A stretch of DNA of 50,287 nucleotides, the filler included, from Sphacelaria rigidula (lineage: Eukaryota), in assembly GCA_964200075.2 (NCBI GenBank). It is 3 parts of 3 records of this genome, joined end to end, with 100 filler letters (N's around TTAATTAATTAA, not from the genome) between each part and the next. Parts side by side here need not be neighbours in the genome. Positions count along the whole stretch, not along the records: positions 16,805 to 33,502 come from CAXNAA020001274.1; positions 33,603 to 50,287 come from CAXNAA020001275.1; 1 more part is not named here. One strand, 5' to 3'. Position 1 is the first letter of the stretch. Every line of letters begins with the position of its first letter. A program made the position numbers and the translations under genes. Shown here piece after piece: positions 25,501 to 39,000 of this stretch. The notes beneath the pieces are model-generated. The model did no database searches. It was not told the DNA's origin and saw nothing but the letters and a program-made list of their open reading frames with translations.

Positions 25501-28500
25501 CCAATCATGAATACCGTGTCGATATCCGCGGTTGAAAAAATGTGGCCCTTTTACGTACCACTTAGGGTTACCAAGTGAAAGAGATCGTGCCATCCCCGCG
25601 AGGCCTTATTTGTGCTCTTAGCACGGAAAAGCGGCGCATGGACTGCCGCATGTATGTCGAGGCCGAGGTGGGGACAAAGGTGAGATTGGCGTGAAGTAAG
25701 TAATTCACCTGTTTATTGTATAACGAAGGAGGAAGTGTTTCATCACGAAAGGAAGCAGAGGGGGCACTGTTTGAGGATCACGGACACCGGAGAGGATGGT
25801 CAGTTGGTTTGTCCATGGACGCTGGTGAGGACAGATGGGAGCGTTACGAGGTCAACTTCGAAAAGGACCTTGCAGCGGAGAAGAACAGAGCAGGCGGCTA
25901 ATTTTCGTTGAGGGCGGAATATTATTGTCTGTTGAGTTTTTGGTACAGTTGTGTGTTGTGGATACCACGTACAGATGGTATCCCATGTTTTCGTGGTTGA
26001 TAATAGGACACTCTGAACAGATCATGTTTTTTGCTGATAGCTCTATGCCGTGTGTAGGCTAGACACGCCCTGTGTTGTGTTTCCATGACAATACTATTCG
26101 ACCAAAACGCGAGGGAGGTCATGGTTCCTCGCTTTCCCTCCTCGTTACCTTCAGGTCGTCCTTTTTTGTTCTTCCTGTCTGGCGTTGTTCAGTCTCCGAT
26201 GCGCAGGCTCTGTAGAGCATCTACTTGAACAGCACTCCAGACCGTAGATCTATTTTGGAATTGGTCTCTGTTTTTTGCGACAGTTTCGATTATTGGCTCA
26301 CTCGCTGATACTACTCTGTGTATACACCAGTACGTGGCAAAGTAGTCGCGGAGGTCAAAAGCGGGCACTTCTTAGATTCCAGTACAAGTAGGTCTCCTGT
26401 AGTTCAATCGGTCAAATATAGATCCCTCGTAGTGTAGGTGCCCTTTTTTCATGTAGATGTTTTGTTTCTTGCCTTCTTCTGCGGGCTGTTCGTGTTATGG
26501 ATATGGGTGGGATGCTCGTTGCACTCTGTGACAACGAGTTCGAGAGATCGAGCTAATGTGACGGATATAATAATGATAATGATAGTATATATTGAGGTGT
26601 TGGGTCGGGGTATATGGTACTGACCACACCCATCATGAGAGCAACGGTCGGTCATAACTGGATATGACGAACCCCCACCCCAGTCCCAACTTCTCTTTGG
26701 ATTCGAACAGAAAGAATCGTCCATGATTTTCATTATTTTATTCAACGTTTGCCACTCCGCGCCCTGTTGGTTGCGGGGTGCATCCTAGACGCGTCAGTTG
26801 AGTCTGCGACTTTCAATTCGACTTCGGATATATCGATTGGTTCATTGCGCGCATGAAGTGATCCACAGCGAGTGCAGCCGTGGCCGTAAGACATTCCCAA
26901 GGTAAAATGAAGCGGAATTGCTGAGGAAACTCGAGGAAGGGTGGAAGATAAAAGATGTAGGAGAGAATAACCACACGTTCGCCGAATGAAAAGACATGGA
27001 AGACACTACAGTGCGGGCGGGCGCGGCACGCCCATGTGAACCAACCCCCCGGCACTTTTCGAAGAACATCATCGATTCATGTGAGGGACGTCGTGGTCGT
27101 AACTGCAACCCCCCTTGCGCTGTGCCTTTGCCCGTACATGCGCAAGCAGCGAGCCTGTTGTGTGCGAGTACTCGGTAAGGAACGCGAGAGAGGAGAAATA
27201 TAGAAGAGGAAGGAGAGGACAAACACACATATGCTCAATGAAAAACATGAGGGACATTGGAGTCGGGCGGGCGCGGCATATCCACGTGACCCGCCGTCAC
27301 TTTCGAATGGTATTATTGATTCGTGCGAGAGATTCCGCGGCCTCGGCTGCAACCCCCTTTGCGGTATGCCTTTACCCTGCAATGCGCAACTAGCAAGCCT
27401 ACTTCGTGAGAATTTTATAGCACTATTCAAGTCCAAATATTACCTAGAGAGGGTTGCAGTGGCTGAGCGCGAAGTACGCTGATCTGACCCGCGGTACCAG
27501 GTTCACCCGTCATGCTAATTGCCGGTGAGGAGATATATTGTCTCGTGATTCCGCGAGACGATATGTTGCTGAAAGTTTCGAATTGCCGCGAGACCGTGCA
27601 CTAGTTCCCCGTGTCTGGCTGGGTGTGAAGAACGACGATTCGCTGCTGCTGGTGTACGCGTGTCTTCGTGTAGTGGTGTTCCCTCTGGCCACTCAGGTGC
27701 AAGCAATCGCCCGGGCGTATTTCGTGCTAGCGGCTCGATTTCACACTCGGCCGTCTGAAAATACTCCGAGATGATGAAGCGGTGCGGTGCCAGAAAAAGA
27801 GCAGGCCCAAACGGTAGAGATTAGGGCGGTACATGGATGAGCCAGGGAAATTTATCACACGCCAATTGGGAGTAGCAGCAGTAGCACCAGTTAGGTTACA
27901 GGTTGGCTCACAAGATACCAATGCCTATGGAACCGCGACGGCAATGGATTCTCATCTGCCGAGCCATTCCGAACATTTCTTGACGCTGCACCGTGATGAA
28001 TTGCAGAAAATTACCTCGGTGAAAACTTTCGAGGACAGCTCTACTCGAGGATCTTGAGGCTCACGTTCCGACTGCACCAGATAGACTATCTGACACCCAG
28101 ACGATTTCGTTGGAAAGAGATAGCTCCAGTGTTGTCTTTCTGAATAGGGCTGATTTTGCGCGCTGTCACCGGGGACGTGGAGGCAAAACACTCATTCCTG
28201 ACGTGTCATGATCGAACGTGGGGTGTAAAGCGGCCTGGTTGCGACGTTTCGTGAGCTTTCTCGAGGAAGATTCGAACTGGCGATTGCAGGGAGTGTGTTC
28301 GGGGAGGCGGTGGTGGGGCGGCTGTCGCTTGCGTAATGCCTAGCGTGACGTGCCATTGGGACCGTTTGTTTACCGTTACCTCCAAAACAACGCAGTCGAG
28401 CTACGAAGAATCAAGGCGCTATGAGGAACGCGATATCTGTGCAGGTTATCTATTTGTACGCCTTTGCACCGTCATGATCCACGAAACACAGAAAACGGGT

Positions 28501-30392
28501 TTAGTCGCCAAGTTCCGAGAGTTCCGGTCGTCTGGTTTTCGCTTCGTGAGACTGGACCATTCATTCCCTGAGCACTCGCTGCTCGATTATTCATCACTCT
28601 CTCCGTTTCGCGCTTGCCGTCTCAAGGTCGTGGCACCGTGCAAGTGCAAGGGTACACAGAAGTGGATTAGCTTTTCGGCGCTCAACGGTGAAAGGCGGAA
28701 GGAGGTGGCAAAGTGGAAACACTGTCCTGTTTGCCAGGTACATTTTCATGTTGCCCCCAGAAACAAAACGAGCCCATGAGACTTGTATGCTGCTGCGCTG
28801 CTGATGCGGTTTTACCTTTCCCCCCCCCTGCTCTGTTGCTCCGTCTCGAAAGGGATGCGTGGTCAACGGTCACGCGACAAAGGCAAGCAACAAATGAGTA
28901 CGCCCCCCCCCTCCCCCAACGTCTCTTATGATTCTTCACTAAGATCAAATATTTATATGTGTGATCTGACGGCGAATTCGCGCAACTCTACTGTGTATGT
29001 TACCACAGTAAGCATAATTTCTTGGGCCCGACTGAGCGCTCGTTTAGTCGGGAAAAAATCTCAAGAAACATTTGTACGCGTGGTTCGGCATGGTATGACA
29101 GGGACCGATCGACTACAAGTTGTACGAGGCCCACGGTGGGGAGTTGGGAAAGGCTGTCTCGGCGGTGCTGAATCACGTGCTCATTACGCGAGCGGCGATT
29201 GCGGTCATGGCGGGCGTTGTGGTGAGAAAAATACTCTTGATATGAATCCATACTCACGCACTGCCGTTACAACGGGTGGCACATCTCGCAGTTCAGGTTC
29301 CCGCCCCACCTCTCCCATTTTTGGTCTCGTACAAACGTGTCACACATTGGCCGAAAGCCATTCCAACAGCAGTATGGAGGCTTCTGCACTCAGCTGCGTT
29401 AGCTGCAGGAGTGGTCCAACACACATGAAAAACTCGCTGGGTGAAGTGATTGTATCCTACATTCCTGCCCCCCTTTCTGCAGTGTGCCGAGTGGTCTTCA
29501 GGCAACTCCGTGTACTCTACCGCCTTACTGTATTTTTCATTGACCACATCTGACGCCACATCTGACGTCTCTGGATCGCGGTCAATTCAAACCATTTTCT
29601 CGAAAAAACGAAAACGTCCTTGCTCTGACTGGAGGAACATACTTGCAACACGTTGACCAGCTTCAGCTACAGACGTTGGTCTTACTACGAGTACGTGCGG
29701 CAGCTTGTTTACTTGGAAGTGCAAAAAACCCGCGCCCCCCCCCCCCGCCCACCCACCCCTCCCCGAAAAAAAATGGTTGAAAAAGAATTGCATGTACTTG
29801 AGTGTGTCGTTATCCCACCTATTCTGCACGCTAGTCCACATCTGTCGGTATCTCCCGGCGCAACAGCCAGGGTCACACAGGAGGAAGGTCAACACGAGAA
29901 TTTTATATGTAATCATTTGGTGTTTAGTACTCCACCTTCCTTCTGCGGTGCTTGCCTACTTCTTTCAATCGCGGGAAGGTTTCTGCAATTATTTTCTCTC
30001 ATCGATCGTGGAGTCAGACTATGTGGACGTACGGCATGGTCGCTCTCAACTGCTGGGCATGGTGTGAGAAAAAGTCCCAGATCGTGTGACTGCACCGAGA
30101 TTTGAACCCACGTCCAGACAGTCAGTAAGTTTTGCTGTTACCAACTGAGCCACCGGGGCGACCGGCTTCTCTGTGCAGTTTTTCACTTGTCTACCGGCCC
30201 TTGTGCGATAATATTTTTAGGACGAGCGAAGTGAAGCGAGCTGTTATTATTGTTGTTGTTTTCACATTAAAAACCGTCCCGATATCTGCGCGGTACATTC
30301 GTGGTGGGCATCTGATGCGGACGCCTTCCGTGGTCACGGGCTAGATACCTATAATAAGGTATGAGTAAATCAAATGAAAATAAATAATAATA

Positions 30393-30435
<43 letters not shown>

Positions 30436-32275
30436 CCTAGAGAAGCTCTCAAACGCGATACAAGCTGAACAAGAGTAAGTAGTAAGAAGGACGAGAGGTA
30501 ATATGACCTACCTCAGAAGATCTGGTGCCGCAGGTGGCCATTCGGACTTCAGGGGGTAGCGCCCGATTTTCCAACTCGACGCGCGAGGCCAAGTAGAGAT
30601 GGACATAGGGTCCGTCCGACTACGGGCGAAACTCAAGGCCCAAAGACCACCAGCCAGAGAACTAAGAATCGCAGAGTTTCACCTTTCGATTTCTCGAAGG
30701 ACAGCCATACGAGCTACACGGGCGTATCCATAGAATATCGCCGGGTACCAGTGATGACCAACCCTTATCAGCCTCAAGCGTCTCTGATCATATGTCGAAA
30801 GTATCAAGATCTTATTTTCATTGTTTTCGTTTTTGTCTGTAATAGTCAAGTCTGACGCAGACGCGAGTTCATCATTAAAGCTCGTTTAGCGGTCGATGAC
30901 GGAGAGTATCTCGCCGACGCCACTTCATGCTTTTTTTTTTTTTTTACGGTTGTCTCGTGGTCGTACTCATGGTAGTACTGAACAGGGGAAAACAAGAAAA
31001 GAAATCGTTTGCTGAGGCGAGGTAGATAGTTTGAAAGTAGCGGGGGCCTGTGGTGCAAGCAGTTTTAGATGGAGGATAAGCGAGGTGTCGTGTGGTAGTA
31101 GCATGATATTTCTTTGGTGGTGTGAGTTCAGTATATACATCTATATGTGAATATATATATGTGACAAGGTGGTTCGTCGACAGTCATTGGTGGGTTGTCT
31201 CTTCTATGTGGTAATTCGCACATCGCCCCCCCCCCTATTTGGGAACTTCTTGGCGGTTTTGAAGGATCAACCATTACTGCCGACTAGCGGTTGGGAACTT
31301 CACCTTTCAAGTCACTCATCTTCTACGTCTGTTGCGTCATTCAATCAACAGTCGTCGCAGGAGATTTTCCATACATTTTTGACTGCTTCAGAGGAGATCC
31401 ACGCTTTATTTTTCGGCTACCACCGTTTTGGTGGGGTCCGGATTTGAACCCGGGACCTTCTGTTCGTGAAGCGTACGAGCTATCTCATCGTGTCGCCAGT
31501 GTAAAGAGCGGATTCCTTGACGGGACACCTATGGGAATTTGTCCCTTCAATGTGGCGGTTCACACACACACACACACATATTTTCGGGATGCATTAAAGT
31601 TCGACTTGACGGTCGATGAGAGGAAGGGAGTGCTGAACCCCTCTCGCGATGAAAAATAAAGGCGAGCACTTCGGAAGGAAGGTGGAACACTCAAAACAAA
31701 CAAAAGAGAAAAGAACTACCGTGTTGACCTTCCTTCTGTGTGACCCCGGCTGGTGCGCCCACACATACCGAAAGGTGTGGACCGGCGTCCAGAATGGATG
31801 GGACGACAACACACACACATACACATGTGCGATCAGCCCTGTTGCTTCATTCATGGGTATAGGCATTGGCGCGGTTGCACCAATTTTGTGGCATGTTGTC
31901 GCCATCGACTTCTGATATCATGTATCAACGAGAGACGGAGTAACCAATGTGAAGCCACTCTAACGGCACATGTCATGATCCCAGAATATCCTTTTTTTCT
32001 CAATACATATTTATATATTTATATTGATATGTATCGCATCATGAAACCCTCTCTTCTGCTCTCTGCGTTTTCCATGTATACCCTTGTCATCGTCATCATT
32101 CGTCGCCTGCCGTGGTGACCGAGGATTCCAGCTGTTAATCGCGAGTCCGCTGCTGCGGGTGGTGATCGTGCGCTTACTGACGAGCAAACTTTTCTGGGGT
32201 AACTACGCTCGCGTCACCTTCATGTTGCACATGCCTCTCCCGATGAAGATCGTGCTGTATCGCTTCCTCATGTCG
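22555..32275 (+). CDS. Predicted membrane protein with degenerate RING-CH (RINGv/MARCH)-like finger, spliced; 3' end not resolved
   Basis: Exons: 22555 (or ATG 22621)-23148, 25566-25667, about 25761-25893, 27771-27813, 28231-28306/28309, 28627-28737 (VVAPCKCKGTQKWISFSAL..WKHCPVCQ), 29102-29221 (GPIDYKLYEAHGG..AIAVMAGVV), 32132-32275 (LLIASPLLRVVIVRLL..PLPMKIVLYRFLMS). The junctions keep one open frame. There is a hydrophobic N-terminal segment and hydrophobic segments after the finger. The exon 2/3 boundary is uncertain. Confidence 0.75.
23679..24657. repeat. Diverged tandem duplication, unit about 520 bp (intronic)
   Basis: CCATGTTGCAGACAA..CCAGATACTACCCTTTCACA starts at 23679 and again at 24201; the copies are colinear to about 24185 and 24657. 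Confidence 0.85.
24983..25238 (+). mobile_element. SINE family 1, partially deleted copy (intronic)
   Basis: CTCGAAACCTTCTGACGGTT head remnant, GGTCGACGAGGGAAAG, TGTGTGACCC and GGGACGACAACA tail. Confidence 0.8.
26990..27402. repeat. Diverged direct repeat, period about 250 bp (intronic)
   Basis: CGGGCGGGCGCGGCA..CTGCAACCCCC..ATGCGCAA occurs at 26990-27157 and 27241-27402. Confidence 0.75.
28838..28918 (+). mobile_element. Short 3'-end copy of the C-tailed LINE-like family (intronic)
   Basis: Near-identical to 16571-16649 and ends in a C-run. Confidence 0.7.
29800..30166 (-). mobile_element. SINE family 1, minus-strand copy (intronic)
   Basis: The reverse complement gives GCCCCGGTGGCTCAGTTGG..GGTTCAAATC and the same body. 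Confidence 0.8.
30245..30341 (-). mobile_element. Second copy of the (CAA)n-tailed retroelement end
   Basis: Reverse complement of 19430-19519 (GTGACCACGGAAGGCGTCCGCAT..AATGTGAA-ACAACAAC). Confidence 0.75.
30381..30435. repeat. Compound (TAA)n(TA)n(GA)n microsatellite
   Basis: Direct inspection. Confidence 0.9.
31603..31825 (+). mobile_element. SINE family 1, 5'-truncated copy
   Basis: Body and (CA)n tail only. Confidence 0.75.
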
Positions 32276-33502
32276 GTGAGTAGGTCACATGATCGTTCCG
32301 ATCCCTCCCGCCGACGACCCCTAAATAATCATACATGAGTATATGTTGCACTTGTCGATTGTACGTCTCCACTACGAAATAAGAGCAACGTGTCATGTTT
32401 TTCAGTGCTGTGATCTCCTTGCTCGAATCATGATGAAGTTGCCGCAGGCAAGAATCACACATAGGGAGCCGAAAGCATAACAGTATAGTTAGATCGGAGA
32501 AAAATGGAGAACGACCGGCCAAACGATGGCCCTTGAAGGTTAGCCTTGCATTGCTGCACAGGCCAGACGTGAACCCATATGTGGCGTACGAACACACATA
32601 AATATGATGTCCTCTCCGATGGTCTCAGTGGCGCACCACTTTCTAAGGCGGGCAATCGCGGGGTATGTTGGCGGCACATGCAGTAGTGGGCGGTCTAACT
32701 GTTCATTTTGAGGCATTCTGTGATTCTTCGTGATTGGCGATTTTCTTGGGCTCTTTTCACTTGCCACCACATATCACATTGAGGATCTGAAGATATTTGT
32801 ATCCGCTCCACATTCAAAGACGAAAAAATCATCTGTACTTGATATTGAGTGACTTACGGGCTGACCGGTCATCGAGGGTCCTGCGACGTTTCAGCCCAGA
32901 TTCTTACTCTTGGTTATTTTCGGCCGATCGAGCCTGTCCCGATCATATTTCTAAAAAAATGTAACGTTTTATTTTTTCTGAAATTCTGCCTGCTCATTGC
33001 TCTAGAGCCGGAAAACTGTGTTTCACGGTCAATAACACCCTCCTGATGACCGGAGTATTTACTCGTCTCGCCCGATAACACCAACTAACACTGACTTGGG
33101 CACTGTGTTTTTGGGACGACTTGTTTTTTGTACCAAAATGTACCGACGCTAGCAATTTCGAGTTCTATCGAAGTGTAGTACAGGAGGAAAACCTCAAAAC
33201 CCCGCCGAATAGTTAGACCGCCCACTACCGTACGCTTTTGTAGCAAAATGTAGCTTTGGTCGTTGGAAACGTGAGAACGAACTGCAGGATATTCCACCAA
33301 AAAGTCCTGCACCGTGCGGCAATCCTGATCTCATCCGCGTAAGCATCGTGTCAGGCACGGGAGAGAAGGTTGATCCCCTTGGACTGCATACTCGTCGCAA
33401 GGGTGGGGAGGGGTTGAAAAGTGTGACGAATATATGTCGTTTCGACAAAATGGGAGATGCCGAAAGGTATCACGAACATAATTTATACTCAATATATATC
33501 AT

Positions 33503-33602
33503 NNNNNNNNNNNNNNNNNNNNNNNNNNNNNNNNNNNNNNNNNNNNTTAATTAATTAANNNNNNNNNNNNNNNNNNNNNNNNNNNNNNNNNNNNNNNNNN
33601 NN
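33503..33602. other. Assembly gap linker (44 N + TTAATTAATTAA + 44 N)
   Basis: Same artificial structure as 16705-16804. Confidence 0.97.
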
Positions 33603-33605
33603 ATG

Positions 33606-33790
33606 CACGGCACATAATTTTCCGCGGGAAACTTCCAAACACACATGGTTGACTTGGTGAGCTTCTCGGCTGCTCTGCGGACAGACCCCCCCCCCTCAAA
33701 AACCACCCCCCCCGGCCACTGGAAACCCCCGAATGTCTCCAAATTGTCAGCCTGTCAAACTGTTCCGAGGCGACGCTCGCTGTCGAAGGG
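33606..33790. mobile_element. End of the same piggyBac-like element, cut by the scaffold gap
   Basis: Matches 41243-41420 (AATTTTCCGCGGGAAACTTCC..CGCTCGCTGTC) and terminates GAAGGG|TTAA. Confidence 0.6.
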
Positions 33791-36084
33791 TTAATTGGGT
33801 TTGTTTGACGAGAGGCAACGCGGTGCGGGAATGCTGATCCAATCTGCGAGGCCTAAATGAAAGACGTGTACGGAGGTAGAGATCGGTCCATTCTTGAACG
33901 GGAAGAGGTTGAAAGTGTGACGAGAGAAAAAAACAAAGTCAGCGAATCGAATTCAGTGCGGCGCTGCGGTGCTGCAAAACACAGCGCACAGTGTGGCTCG
34001 TTCCGATTGTACTTTTTTTGCGCTCTTGTGTCGACGGGTCCTGGCGATTTGGTGCAAAGCCTAATGGAAGCATAATTTTAATCAAAGATCGATATCTTGC
34101 TATCCTCCTTACCAAATGCAAAGAAAAACTGAAACAAATACCATTCGGATACCATCTGAGACTTCCCACATCTTCCTGGAGTGTTTGCTTGCTCGGAACA
34201 CCATCCTTTTGTGAAAATTGACCGTCTTCTGTTTCCGAAGACGGAAAACGAACTGCACTCACGTTGGTGCGTGATGAAGAAGACGGACATAGTGGCAAAA
34301 GTTACCATGGAAACCGCTTTGGGCGTCGAAAACGGGTGTTCGCATACACCATATTCTAGCTACATGGCCGTGAGAACGGCATATATGTGCCACCGTCATC
34401 ACTCCCAGAAAAAAAAAACTTGGATATGAACCTACGAAGCAGAAAACGTCGGGGGGTGTTGTCCTTGTTGTGTTGTCCCAAAGAATGCTGCATGTTCCCT
34501 CACAGTAGAATGTAGCATTTTCGTCCGCTGCAGACGCCCATGGAACACGATGTATACGCTCTGCTTTCGCTAAAAGTATCTTTTCTTCGTGTAAATATTG
34601 TTTGTTCCCTCACCATCAAGTTCCGACGTGCCAATACCTGGACACACTGCCATCTATTTGTTTACCACCCCACCACCCCACCCCACCCCACATGATGAGC
34701 TACTGTGGACACCTCGCTGACGTCCTCGAGGTTCTGAATTCCGGCTGCACATGGGCCGTTGGCACGCTTGTTGAACGGGGTTTGGTTCGCGAATCGGCCT
34801 GCTGCGCTGTGCCTGCCCCATGACTACCCAACAGCCGCCGTGTTGGTCCGCGTAAAATGCTGGGGTTGTTACTTGAACACCGCCCGGTCAGTCGTAAGGG
34901 TACCTTCTATGTTGTTCTACCCCAGTCCAGCACAGCTGTCTTCCAACTTTCGAATGTGTTCGTGTCCTCACAGCGCCAACTCTTCGGTGAAGACATGCGC
35001 ACCGGTTGGATCTCAACAAAAACGCAGATCGAGTCTGAGACCCCTGGAAGACAAAAAACGGTAGTGGCACAAGTAATAGCGGGACCCCTTTTTTGATCCC
35101 AAAAATGGACCTGCACACCCGCACTCATGTCTGCACGTATGCACCCATCGACAAGCAGCCAGCTTCACAAGAACCACCCTTTGTGAAAAGGATTCACGCA
35201 CACCCGATGGCACGGATCCGTGGCGGACACATACTCGTTTTTGTTGAACCGAGGCTAACCCTAAATCCATCCCCAAACCAAGGTAGACTGGAAAACCCTC
35301 TGGCCAGGGAGGTGCAGAGGGTGCCCCAGGCAAAGTGTGCTTCGTTTTGGCTCCAAGCGGCGCCTGATGCACCGCGAAAATTGTATGTGCATCCGGCTGC
35401 AGCTTCACTTTTTTTTCATCCTTGGATACTGCCAAGTGCAACGAGCGGCTGGTCATTGCCGCATGACCACTTAAACGTCGGTCACCTTTTCGAAGCAGTG
35501 TCTGCTTGCTTCTGGGAGATTCGCGTATGATACTGTACGGTAGAGTAAAGTGCAACAGCACACACGCCAACTTAAAGCAAAGCGTTTCTCTGTGGAAGGC
35601 AGCAACTCATAGCGACACTTTTTTCGTGCAAGGTAATAACGCTAACTCCAACCCTAATCCCAACCTCGAAGGGCATACCGAAAACTCGGCCACGGGGTGC
35701 TCTAGGCAAGTGTGCGTTCGCAGACCTCAAATTGGCGTTGTCTATTGCCCAAGGATGCACGTGGGTTTGAGGGTGCATCCGGATGCACATATGATTTCTG
35801 GGCTGCTGCGCGCGGTTGGCGAACCCTGAGGACTGAGCCCTGTGAAGATCGGAATATGATGCGCCGCTCCAAGATCATGCCTCAACCATGGTTTTCTGTC
35901 GCCGGGTTCGCGTAGCCTCGTGTGCTTTGAGCCATTTACCATCGTACGATCTACTGACGACCCGACCAGTATGTACAGTATATCAAGGCTTCGTGCGAAG
36001 AAAATGCACGACGATGAGTAGATTCCCGTACCCTACGGTTCACGTACACGTGACCGCATCAAGGGGCAATCTGCAACCTTCCAA

Positions 36085-39000
36085 ATGACAACTGAGTACA
36101 CCTCGTGCGGACAAACGGACCTCTCGTTGCAACAGGTTACACGAAAACGGAGACGTCCGGGGCTTAAAACCTGCGATCAGCGGCGATGGCTCGCGCGATG
36201 GCTCGACCATTTATTTCGATGCGCCCAATCCTTGCCATTCCTCAGAGAGAACGATTCAACATCTCAACCTCTGAGAGACTTGGCTGGGTACGAAGGGCTG
36301 ATTGGGAACACTCCCATGATACGCTTGCGGAGCCTCTCTGCCGCTACAGGCTGCGACATTCTTCTCAAGGTGGGTGCAATTCGAGACGCATTGTTTTGCC
36401 GCATATTTCTCGGTATTTATTTTGGCGCCAGCCTCGTGCTTTTGTAGTGCATAATGGAAGCCAATGCAACTATGTGATCAGAGTGGTCAAGAGGCAGCTT
36501 CTTGCGGTGGTCGACCAACGATACAGGCCTTTGTACAAATGGCGGGATATCCGTGCAAGGGCAAATTACCTCGGCGTAGTTGCACACACACACATTTGTT
36601 GTCGTACCAGAGAAGCCTCCTCCACTTCCCCGTTCCCGCGTGCGTCTCTTTTGTTGATGTATACTCCGGCCCCTGCGATCAACAAAGCTACACGAAATCT
36701 CAAGCCAATGACCTGAAACAAACAATAATCATTGCCGGTCGAAGGTGGAGTACCTCAATCCGGGAGGCACGAGCAAAGATCGCATCGCCTCCAACATGAT
36801 AGCTGAGGCGGAAGCGAGCGGCTTGCTAAAGGACGGCGGGACAGTGGTGGAAGGCACCTCCGGAAGCACTGGGATATGCCTGGCAGCGCTGTGCCGGGCC
36901 AAGGGATATCGATGTGTTATTGTTATGCCCGATGATCAGGTACGCCGGTGGCGGGAAGGTCCTTCTTGTCTAGCCAATCACGTTTTTGATGCGCGACGCA
37001 GCCGCCACGCTGTTTCACACGCGCACCGGACGCTGTTCCCCACGACAGCGTGTCGACATTTTATATTATGATAAGCAACTCATGTCACTGACGACAAGGC
37101 ACTTCAAGCTGTACTTACTCCTAACTGCGACGGGTATGCATCTCCGCAGAAAGAGATAGCGCCGTTCTGCTAACGGATGCCTCTGACTTGCCTTGCCAAC
37201 GCCTACGGCCAACCGAAGCTGGCGCGGTAGAAATATAAAGTCCATGACGCGTGGCGTCTACTGTCGGCAAGGAATCTCCAAGGCCGTGTTTTATATCGAG
37301 AGAAACGTTTTGAGGCGAAATTTAGTCTTTGAACCTGATTGTGACCGTTGATAACCTTGTCATCACCCGAAATCACCCGCCATTCCTATCGAAAGTATTT
37401 TTTTTTGTCTTGATGTGAGAATGTGACGTTCAGACAACACGCCAACAGACCAGTGCGTCACACGCCCAACCAATTACTGTGCGCCTCTGGTCTGTGGTTC
37501 AGTCCCCATGATTAGCCGAACGGCCCACGCATGGCATCAAGTTTTCGTTGTGTTGCGCGTGGTGAGCGAATCGTTCTCCCGTGTTAAAAAACAAACGAAC
37601 TACGCATTTTCTTTTTGGAGCATGGAGCATCAGCCCTCAACGAATCAGAAGGATCAAAATCGTGAGCAGTCACAACCATGTTCAAAATCGAATGTCTTCA
37701 TTTTTTTTCCTTCACGTGGACACAAGATAACCTGCGCGATGACAGAAACTATCATGTATGCTAATAGGCGAGCGAGAAGGTGGAGCTGTTACGAACGTTC
37801 GGCGCTGAAGTGATCCAAGTCAAAACAGCTTCCATATCGAACCCGCAGCACTACATCAATGTCGCCGCACGCCTGGCGTCGGAGCGACCGGGTGCCGTGT
37901 TCATGGACCAATTCGAGACTATGGCCAACTTGAGAGCTCATTTTTCTCGCACAGCACCGGAAATTTGGAATCAGACTGGGGGAAGGTTTGTACTTAAGCT
38001 GAGGGTACGTGAGTTTCAGATATTATTTTGTTCAAGAAGATCGGGTGTTATCGAGGCTAAAGCCCAAGTTCACGAATGGTGAAGTGTTAAGCGCAAGGTT
38101 TTATACGTCAGTTCAAGGTCACACAAGTCAATCAGCCTGTTGCAGGTACATAATCTAGCAAGGTGCGATCGGAGATACTGGTGTATCCTGCTACCCCCCT
38201 TCGCCCAGGCACCCCTCCTCCTCCTCCTTCACACATGCGCATTGTACACACCCCAACCACATATTATATTTCCTCTTTCAACATACGCTACCATGACCAG
38301 GTTGGATGCGTTCGTCATGGGTGCGGGCACCGGCGGCTCCCTCGCCGGAGTGTCGCTGTTTTTGCGAGAGAAGGGCTCGCCTGCAAAAGTTTTCCTCGTG
38401 GACCCACCAGGATCGGCGCTTTACAACCGCGTGCAACATGGCGTGTGTTACTCGGCCCAAATGTCGGAGAGGGGGGTCAAGAAGCACAGGTAGTCACTTC
38501 TCGTCAAAGAGAGTAGACGGTGCGTGCAGGTGCAGCACTGGCTTAACTCCAACTCTCATTGATTTCACTAGACGCGCACTTTGGACAGGAGGAGGGTGTT
38601 ATCCACCAAATACAAAACATCGTTCACTTGTCGTCCCAAACTACAGGAAGAGAATCGAGAGGTACTCCGCAAGCATTGTCATCATCCGGCTTCACGCACA
38701 AATATAACCCCCGTCTTTTTTCGCTCCATTTCCGTGCATATGCTCTGGAGTGGCCAAGTGCGAGGTATCTTGGGCTACTTGAAGGAAGCTCGCGACCGAA
38801 AAATGAACCGTTGAGCGCACTAAAATTCAAGGCGGGCTGGTGTGCACTAGCCCGGTCAAAAGAGCTGTACAAGCCTCGAGGGCGACGTGTGCTCTATATC
38901 TAGTACAGTCGTTTTTACGCAAGCATGTTGCTGACGTTTTTGTTGCTGTTGCCTGTGCCGTAAAACAAGGTATGACACCCTCGCGGAGGGTATCGGCAAC

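Noticed and set aside
28783..29553. 256-aa ORF
   Set aside because: It crosses a retroelement end and reads the real exon 29102-29221 in the wrong frame.
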